From assembly GCA_036012755.1 (NCBI GenBank), contig DASCPX010000166.1, positions 1 through 15,231 of the forward strand: a stretch of DNA of 15,231 nt, in the 5' to 3' direction. A program made the translations under genes and the position numbers. Source of the DNA: Myxococcota bacterium (GTDB taxonomy: Bacteria; Myxococcota_A; UBA796; CAJQPC01). A model generated the notes under the pieces. The model made no database searches. It worked only from the letters and a program-made list of their open reading frames with translations, and was not told the origin of the DNA. Shown in pieces: positions 8,716-15,231 of this stretch (positions are counted from its first letter, which is position 1; each line of letters starts with the position of its first letter).

Positions 8716-8721
8716 AGTCTA
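8716..8721 (-). promoter_or_regulatory. Putative -10 element TAGACT of a leaderless kinase transcript
   Basis: TANNNT hexamer 7 nt upstream of GTG 8708; its TAG is also the stop codon of the upstream gene. Confidence 0.4.
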
Positions 8722-10554
8722 ATCGTCCTTGAGCCCCTTGTAGTCCAGGTGCAAGGTCAGCTCCTCGTCGACCACCAGCAGCTTCTCGAAGTAGAGGGCC
8801 TGGCCCTCGACGGGCATCGCGACGTCGACCGGGGAGACCCCCGCGTCCACCGCCGTGTTCTGGGCCATGTAGGCCTGCTGCATCGCCGCCTGTCCGGCCA
8901 TGTCGAGGTAGTTGCCCTCTGGGGTCACCGGCGTGGAGAACCACTCGACCTTGCGCATGGTGGAATCCACGCTCTTCTTCTTGATCTTGGCGTCCCAGGG
9001 CACGTACACCGACCAGCGGTAGTAGGTGACCGGAACGTCGATCTCGGGCAGCGCGAGGTCGATGGAGCCTCGGCCGGCGTCGTCGGGCGCGGTGCCGTCC
9101 TCGACCCAGATGACCTCGACCGTGAAGGCGGCGAGGCTGCCCTGGGCGGCGCGGCTGCGGACCAGCGGCACGAGCACGTCGCCTTGCTCGTCGATGCCCG
9201 GCTTCACGGCCTTTCCGGCGACCTTGACCGACCAGATCTCGGCGCCCTCCGGCATCGCGACGCGCAGGAACTGGCGTCGGTTGTTGCGCACGTACCAGGA
9301 GCTGCGGCCCATCACCCGGCCGTCCACCGTGACCATCGAGATGGACTCGGCGGTGTCGACGATAGTGACCAGGACCTCGACCTCGTCGTGCTGCTTGACC
9401 GTCAGCGGCAAGGTCCATGCGTCCTGGCGGTACTTGTAGCCCAGGAGCACGGGCTGGTCGGTGCGACCGAGGATCGCCGCCGGGAGCTCCCGGACGTCGA
9501 TCTTGCGAGCTCCGGAGGCGTCTCCGGCGACGACCTCGAGGGTCGAGAGCGCCGCCACCCCGACGAAGCCCTTCACGCGCTCGACGCCGGAGACCTCGAT
9601 GCGCGGGACCTCCAGGTCACCGCCGTCTTCAGACAGGGCCTGCTCGTAGTCGAGCATCAGCCGATAGGAGCCGATGGCCTCGAAGTTGAGGTCCACGTCG
9701 ACGGTCTGCGCGCCCTCGGCCTCGCTGACCTTCCACTCGCGGATCCCGGAGCCGGTGACGTCGAGCACCGTGACGTCCGCGGGCAGGGTCACGGTGAGGT
9801 GCTCGGTCCCCTGGTGCACGATCGTGTAGTTCACGTCGGAGTGACCGGAGAGGACTCCCTCGGCGACGCCGGCGAGGGTGTGGACCTCTGCGTACATCCG
9901 GCGCTCCTGGGCGCCGTCGGTCCCGCCCTCTTCGACGTCTCCCACCTCGCGCTGCCAGGAGATCGAGAGGTTGCCGGTGGCCGGGAGCACCGCCTCCATC
10001 CGCCGCACTCCCCGGACGTCCTCGTCCTTGAGGAAGCGGGAGTCGCCGACGACGAACTCGAGGTCGCTCTCGCTGGGCACGTCGAGGCGCACGGTCGTGC
10101 CGCCGCTGCGAGCCATCGGGAAGGACAGCGAGCTCTGCCCGTTGGCCTCGAAGACGCTCGCCGCCACCTCGAGGTCCACCTCGATGATGCCCTTGGCGTC
10201 GGTGATGAGCATGTACCAGCCACCGTCGATGAAGACAGGAGCGTCCTTTCCACGGACCTTGGCCGACTTGAGCGCGACGCTGGTCGGGGCGATCGGCACC
10301 GTGACCCAGCCCTCGGCCTTGTGGACCTCGATCTGCAATGCGACGTCGAAGAGCGCGCTGGTGCCGTCCTCTGTGACCTCGCCGCTGTAGCCAGCGCGGT
10401 TGATCGAGAAGTCCCGGGGCGCAGCCTCGGGCTTGTCCTCGGGGGCCATGCCCTTGTCGTAGAGGGTCTTGAAGTCGGACCAGGGCATGACGACCTTGGC
10501 CGAGGGGATGTCCTGGGCAAAGGCGAAGCCGGACAGAAGGATCAGGGGGGTCAT
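8719..10554 (-). CDS. Secreted beta-rich protein of unknown function, 611 aa (paralog B)
   Basis: Signal peptide MTPLILLSGFAFA; strong codon bias; ATGA overlap with the upstream gene; shares VRNxxRQFLRV and other blocks with 10551..13187. Confidence 0.88.
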   Translation of the reverse strand: MTPLILLSGFAFAQDIPSAKVVMPWSDFKTLYDKGMAPEDKPEAAPRDFSINRAGYSGEVTEDGTSALFDVALQIEVHKAEGWVTVPIAPTSVALKSAKVRGKDAPVFIDGGWYMLITDAKGIIEVDLEVAASVFEANGQSSLSFPMARSGGTTVRLDVPSESDLEFVVGDSRFLKDEDVRGVRRMEAVLPATGNLSISWQREVGDVEEGGTDGAQERRMYAEVHTLAGVAEGVLSGHSDVNYTIVHQGTEHLTVTLPADVTVLDVTGSGIREWKVSEAEGAQTVDVDLNFEAIGSYRLMLDYEQALSEDGGDLEVPRIEVSGVERVKGFVGVAALSTLEVVAGDASGARKIDVRELPAAILGRTDQPVLLGYKYRQDAWTLPLTVKQHDEVEVLVTIVDTAESISMVTVDGRVMGRSSWYVRNNRRQFLRVAMPEGAEIWSVKVAGKAVKPGIDEQGDVLVPLVRSRAAQGSLAAFTVEVIWVEDGTAPDDAGRGSIDLALPEIDVPVTYYRWSVYVPWDAKIKKKSVDSTMRKVEWFSTPVTPEGNYLDMAGQAAMQQAYMAQNTAVDAGVSPVDVAMPVEGQALYFEKLLVVDEELTLHLDYKGLKDD

Positions 10555-13187
10555 CGTTCCTCTCGGTATGTGATCTCGAGGGTGGGGACCTCGCCGGGAG
10601 CGAGGAGGCGTTGGACCACCGACAGCGAAGCGCCGTGGTCGGGGAGCGGAATGGCAAGGGTGGTGGCGGAGAGCGTCGGCATCTGCAGCGTCGTCGTCCG
10701 GGAGCTGGTCACGGGACCCGCGGCGGGGCTCGGTGGCGGCGTCGCGGTGATCACGGCCATCTCCGCGGGGTCCGGGCTCGACTCGAGCCGGATGCGACGA
10801 GCGCGCTCGGGGACGAGGTCGACGATCGAGGTGCCACCGGTCGCGAAGTCGAACTCGCGGTCGTCGAAGGCCTCGGCGGGCTCCTCGACGATGACGGTCA
10901 CCCCGGGGGCGTAGGAGTAGTTGGCGCGACCCCCGAAGTCCGACGCGTCGTACTCGAACTCGACGTACTCATCGACCTCTGGCACGTCGTAGTACCCGTC
11001 CTCGAGCCCATCGACGTCGTAGAGGGTCTCGCCCGCCATGCCAGCGTTTCCAGAGCCGACCAGGCCCGCCACCGGGGCGGCGGTCTCCCCGAGGACGCCC
11101 TGCGAAGCGTGCCCGAGCTGGTAGTCACCGGAGGGATCGAGGGTGACCTCGTAGGTCCCGGGTGGGATCTCGATCTCGCTGGTCCGGGTGTCCGGCTCGC
11201 TTTCTCCCCGGGACCCATAGGACAAGGAGGCCTCGCGCTCGGCCAGGCGCTTCTTCGCCTCGGCCTTGCCCGAACTGCTGCGGGTGCCGTACCAGGCCTG
11301 CTCGTTCTGCTCGGTCTGCTCGTAGCGGGAGAGTTCCCTCGAGAGCACCTCGACCTCGTCGTAGACCTCCATCGCGCGGTCGTAGTCGCCAGCGGCCAGC
11401 GCGCGCTCGGCCTCGTCGAGCTTCTCCTCCTGCTCGACCTCTGCTCCGGCGACCTTGGCCTTGGCCATGTCCTTGACGCGACGGCTCATGGCCTCGTCGC
11501 CGCGGGTGGCGACGTCGTCTCCGGAGAGCACGTCGAGGTTGCCCTGGAGCCGGAGCGCGTTGTCGTTGCCCGCGTCCAGGGCCAGGGTCTCGTCGATGTA
11601 GGACTGGGCTACCTCGAAGTCGTTGTCCTGGTAGGCGTGCAGGGCCGCGTTCCAGGTCTCGCGGGCGGCCTGCTCCTTTTGCTTCTCTTCGGCCGTGGTG
11701 ACGGCGTAGACGATCTCCGTCCCGGAGGCGGCTTCCCCGACCGAGCGGGCAGAGCCGCCTTCGATGCTGGCTTCGTAGCCAGGAGGAAGCCGAAACTCCC
11801 ACTCGAGCTGCGCGACCGGAGCGTCGAAGCCGGGCAGCTCCATGCTTCGCTTGCCACGCCAGCGCTCGCGCCATGGCTCCGCCGCCCCGACGAAGGTCAT
11901 CTCCACGTCCAGGGTCGTCAGCCCCGAGAGGGTCTCGACGGAGCGCTCGAGCGGCACGGCCATGGTGCCGTCCTCTACGACGACCGGCGCGACTCCCTCG
12001 CCGTTGACGCGGGCCGCCCAGAGCTCCGAGCCTCCGGGTGGGCTGACCCGGAGGAACTGCCGCGAGGCGTTGCGGACGTCGAGCTGGCAGCGCAGCAGGC
12101 TACGCCCGCCCGCCGAGCTCGCTTCCGTGCAGACGGCCCGGTCGACGACGAGCTCGGGACCCTCCAAGCTGGACAGCTGGAGCGCCTTCAGCGACAGCGT
12201 CCCGCTCCCGGTCCAGGCCGCGGTGGGGTTGGCGTCCCCGACGCTTCGCGCGTGGCCCGGGAGCTCTGCGAGGGCAGCGCCACGGAGGCCATCGACCTCT
12301 GGTGACAGGAGCACCTCGCCGTCACCCGCGAGGGTCAGGGTCGCCGTGCTCGTCGCCGTACCCGGGAGCCGGGGCTGGCTGAGCTCGGCCTTCTTGTCCT
12401 TGAAGGGGACGCGCCAGTCGATGAGCACCTCGAAGACACCGTCGACCGACTCCGTGGGGTAGATGATGAGCCGATCGCCGCTGCGGTCGAAGCGCTCCAG
12501 CCCGGCGCCGGTCACCTCGAGCTCGGCGAGCGCACCGCTGAGCTGGACCTCGAAGCGATCCGTCTCTCCCCGCCGCACGGTCCACCGAATGGCGCTGCGG
12601 ACGCGCAGGTCGCCCTCGTCGATCCAGGCGGCGGTGGACACCCGGCCCTGGACCACGCGTGAGATCGCCACGGGCTTCTCGACGTGGGTCTTCCAGCTGA
12701 CCTCGACCAGCTCGCTGGGAGGGAGGGCGTCACCGACGGCCCCAAAGACCTCGAAGTCCAGGTCCTCGCCAAGCCCGAGGGCGCGCTGGCGAACAGCGGG
12801 GGTCGTGCGCAGGCTGACCGAGTCCCCACGACGCGGGACGGAGCCGCGGAGCGTGATGGTCCTCGGCCGATCGAGCTCCTCGGTGAACCACCAGTGCCCG
12901 TCGGAGCCCATGTGGACGAGGGCCTCGCTGTCCTCGTAGAGCCTGACCGAGCCGTCCAGGAGCCTGAGATCCACCCAGCCCGCCTCGAGCGGTTCGATGC
13001 GCACGACGAGCTCGAGCTCGACATGCTCCACGCCAGGTTCGACCTCCAGGACCGAGGAGCTCACCATGAAGCTGGTCGGGGGCCGCTCCGGTGTGTCGCG
13101 ATCGGGGAAGATCACGCTGTCCACCGGCACGACGACGCCCTCGGCCTTCGCGAGAGCACAGATGAGGGGCAGCGACAGCAGTGACAT
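10551..13187 (-). CDS. Secreted protein of unknown function with TPR-like and acidic insertion, 878 aa (paralog A)
   Basis: Signal-like N-terminus MSLLSLPLICALAKA; VRNASRQFLRV block; TPR-like segments ALHAYQDNDFEVAQSYIDETLALDAGNDNA and AERALAAGDYDRAMEVY. Confidence 0.88.
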   Translation of the reverse strand: MSLLSLPLICALAKAEGVVVPVDSVIFPDRDTPERPPTSFMVSSSVLEVEPGVEHVELELVVRIEPLEAGWVDLRLLDGSVRLYEDSEALVHMGSDGHWWFTEELDRPRTITLRGSVPRRGDSVSLRTTPAVRQRALGLGEDLDFEVFGAVGDALPPSELVEVSWKTHVEKPVAISRVVQGRVSTAAWIDEGDLRVRSAIRWTVRRGETDRFEVQLSGALAELEVTGAGLERFDRSGDRLIIYPTESVDGVFEVLIDWRVPFKDKKAELSQPRLPGTATSTATLTLAGDGEVLLSPEVDGLRGAALAELPGHARSVGDANPTAAWTGSGTLSLKALQLSSLEGPELVVDRAVCTEASSAGGRSLLRCQLDVRNASRQFLRVSPPGGSELWAARVNGEGVAPVVVEDGTMAVPLERSVETLSGLTTLDVEMTFVGAAEPWRERWRGKRSMELPGFDAPVAQLEWEFRLPPGYEASIEGGSARSVGEAASGTEIVYAVTTAEEKQKEQAARETWNAALHAYQDNDFEVAQSYIDETLALDAGNDNALRLQGNLDVLSGDDVATRGDEAMSRRVKDMAKAKVAGAEVEQEEKLDEAERALAAGDYDRAMEVYDEVEVLSRELSRYEQTEQNEQAWYGTRSSSGKAEAKKRLAEREASLSYGSRGESEPDTRTSEIEIPPGTYEVTLDPSGDYQLGHASQGVLGETAAPVAGLVGSGNAGMAGETLYDVDGLEDGYYDVPEVDEYVEFEYDASDFGGRANYSYAPGVTVIVEEPAEAFDDREFDFATGGTSIVDLVPERARRIRLESSPDPAEMAVITATPPPSPAAGPVTSSRTTTLQMPTLSATTLAIPLPDHGASLSVVQRLLAPGEVPTLEITYREER

Positions 13188-13273
13188 GAGCCTTCGGCGG
13201 ACAACGATCCGCGAGACGGGTTCCTTACACGTGCGGCGGTCCGACGCCCTGCGCGCTATCTGGGAGGCGCCGT

Positions 13274-13280
13274 AGAGGAG
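13274..13280 (+). promoter_or_regulatory. Shine-Dalgarno AGAGGAG for the aminotransferase gene
   Basis: 6 nt upstream of ATG 13287. Confidence 0.75.
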
Positions 13281-13286
13281 CCTCTC

Positions 13287-14603
13287 ATGCCCATCGACGC
13301 CCCCTACCCCAAGGGCGAAGCCGCTGACGAACTCGCGGGGCGATCGCTCAATCCCCTGGCCCGAGACATGCTCGGATCGCAGATCCTCGGCATCGCGAGC
13401 CAGGTGAAGGCGAAGATCGCGGCCGGCGAGGACATCTGCAACCTCACGGTCGGGGACTTCTCACCGATCCACTTCTCGGCTCCCTCGCCCTTGCGGGGGC
13501 GCATCGCCGCGATGCTCGGTGACGCCCGCACCAATTACCCGCCAGCGGACGGCATCCTCGAGCTGCGCCACTCGATCGCGGACTACTACGCCCGACGTCT
13601 CGGCGTGCGCTTCCCCTTCGAGGCCGTCGTGGTCGGCAGCGGCGCCCGACCGCCGCTCTACGCCGCGTACGCCTGCATCCTGTCCGAAGGCGACGAGCTG
13701 GTCTACGCCCTCCCCAGCTGGAACAACGAGTACTACGCCTACCTCAACGGAGCGGTCCCGGTGAAGGTGCCGACGAGGCCGGAGGACGGCTTCATGCCGA
13801 CGGTCGAGAGCCTCCGCCCCCACTTGCGCACCGCCCGGATGTTGCACCTGAACAGCCCGCTGAACCCCTGCGGGACCTGCATCAGCGAGCCGGCCCTGCG
13901 AGCCATCGCCGAGGCGATCGTCGAGGAGAACCAGCGCCGGACCGCGGCCGGAGAGCCGGTGCTGTTCCTGCTCTACGACATGGTCTACTGGATGCTCACC
14001 CACGGTGAGACGACCCACTACGACCCCATCTCACTGGTGCCCGAGGTCGCCCCCTACACCGTCCTGGTGGATGCGATCTCCAAGTCCTTCGCTGCCACAG
14101 GCCTGAGGGTCGGCTGGGGTGTCGTCCCGCCCTACCTGCAGCCCAAGTTCAAGGCGCTCATCGGCCACATGGGCGCCTGGGCTCCGCGTCCCGCTCAGCA
14201 CGCCACCGCCTGGCTCCTTGGCCGGGACGACGTGATCGATGCGTGGCTGGAGGACTTCGGCGCGCGCATCGTCGAGCGTCTCGACCTCATCCATCGTCGC
14301 TTCACCGAGATGGCGGACGCAGGGCTGCCGGTGCGGGCGATCGCTCCGCAGGGAGCCATCTACCTCTCGGTCCAGGTGAACCTGTTGGGGCGCAGCCTCC
14401 CGGGCGGAGCTGTGCTCGCCGACAACGAGTCGATCCGCCGGTACCTGCTGAAGGAGGCCCGCGTGGCCGTGGTGCCCTTCCGCGCCTTCGGCCTGGAGGC
14501 CGAAGACGGCTGGTTCCGAATGTCGATCGGCGCCGTCGGCGTCGAGGAGCTCGCCGCTGGGATGGACCGCCTCGAGGATGCCGTCCGTCGCCTCGTCATG
14601 TGA
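13287..14603 (+). CDS. PLP-dependent aminotransferase class I/II (aspartate aminotransferase-like)
   Basis: NLTVGDF, YPPADGILELR, NSPLNPCG, YDMVY, PLP-lysine motif AISKSFAATGLRVGW, AVVPF, WFRMS. Confidence 0.95.
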   Translation: MPIDAPYPKGEAADELAGRSLNPLARDMLGSQILGIASQVKAKIAAGEDICNLTVGDFSPIHFSAPSPLRGRIAAMLGDARTNYPPADGILELRHSIADYYARRLGVRFPFEAVVVGSGARPPLYAAYACILSEGDELVYALPSWNNEYYAYLNGAVPVKVPTRPEDGFMPTVESLRPHLRTARMLHLNSPLNPCGTCISEPALRAIAEAIVEENQRRTAAGEPVLFLLYDMVYWMLTHGETTHYDPISLVPEVAPYTVLVDAISKSFAATGLRVGWGVVPPYLQPKFKALIGHMGAWAPRPAQHATAWLLGRDDVIDAWLEDFGARIVERLDLIHRRFTEMADAGLPVRAIAPQGAIYLSVQVNLLGRSLPGGAVLADNESIRRYLLKEARVAVVPFRAFGLEAEDGWFRMSIGAVGVEELAAGMDRLEDAVRRLVM

Positions 14604-15021
14604 AGAACTCGACCTCCAGGACGCGCTCCCGCTCCATGTCGACGAGCAGGAGCCCGTCCGGTTGAAAGACGTGGAGGTACTCAAGGAGCTGGCGCCGGGT
14701 CGCCGGGAAGCTCGGATCGGGGGCCCGCTCCCCGGTCTTCACCTCCGCGACGTAGATCTGCCCGCCCCGCCCGACCAGCAGATCCGCCCGGACGCCTGCC
14801 TCTACCTCCTCTCCGTCGACCAGGAGCGTCCAGTGCCCGGCGACTTGACGATCCAGGATCGAGAAGCCGGCGCGCCCCAGTAGTTTCTCGGCGCGGCCCT
14901 CTGCCTCGATCGCCTTGCGCGTGCGCCGCTTGCTGCGCCGAGACGCACGGGTGGCGGCGATCCGCCAGGCGATGGCGAGCGCGATCGCGATGACAGCGGC
15001 GAGGAGCAGGAGCAATTCCAT
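14596..15021 (-). CDS. Membrane-anchored PD-(D/E)XK nuclease-fold protein
   Basis: N-terminal hydrophobic helix followed by a basic stretch; EGRAEKLLGRAGFSILDRQ (YraN-like helix), RADLLV...AEVKTG (D-ExK) and RRQLLEY (QxxxY). Confidence 0.82.
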   Translation of the reverse strand: MELLLLLAAVIAIALAIAWRIAATRASRRSKRRTRKAIEAEGRAEKLLGRAGFSILDRQVAGHWTLLVDGEEVEAGVRADLLVGRGGQIYVAEVKTGERAPDPSFPATRRQLLEYLHVFQPDGLLLVDMERERVLEVEFFT

Positions 15022-15231
15022 GGAATGAACATGCTTCGTGCAACTACCAGAAACTGTCCGGCATCATCAGAAAGTGTTCCTGACCATCTCGATCGCGCTG
15101 GCCGGCCCGTGGGGGGCGCGATCCGCGCAAGCCGTGTGGCGCCGGTTGGGCCCACGAGATCCGAGGTTGAAGGATCGTATCCAGGCGTCGACCTTGGGCT
15201 GCGTTGCCGAGCGTGATCTGGTTCGGGGGTG

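Noticed and set aside
8524..10914. 796 aa plus-strand ORF; similarly 10611..12305, 2092..3198, 1284..2510 and 4443..5360
   Set aside because: These lie antisense to well-supported genes and show no motifs. Long shadow frames are expected from high-GC codon bias.
15022..15231. 63 aa ORF or structured RNA in the right-hand non-coding end
   Set aside because: Codon usage is atypical and I recognise no RNA motif. It is probably a promoter region truncated by the window edge.

Overview
Gene-dense, high-GC bacterial chromosomal segment, Myxococcota-like by gene content (inference). It holds 14 protein-coding genes and no RNA gene, mobile element or CRISPR array that I can see. In order: a partial lipoprotein with a (Thr-Asp)n linker that is missing from the ORF track; aat; a deoxynucleoside kinase; a POTRA-less Omp85 barrel followed by a secreted EEP hydrolase; a SAM methyltransferase; a CAP lipoprotein coupled to an APH-like kinase; a hypothetical lipoprotein; two large, coupled, paralogous secreted proteins of unknown function (878 and 611 aa) followed by a stand-alone Ser/Thr kinase; a class I/II aminotransferase; and a membrane-anchored PD-(D/E)XK nuclease-like protein. 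Most notable: (1) the uncharacterised paralog pair, which differs by a large insertion at one site; (2) ultra-short signal peptides with no basic n-region on nearly every exported protein; (3) a leaderless-promoter signature before three GTG starts; (4) a dNK that resembles the protist type.
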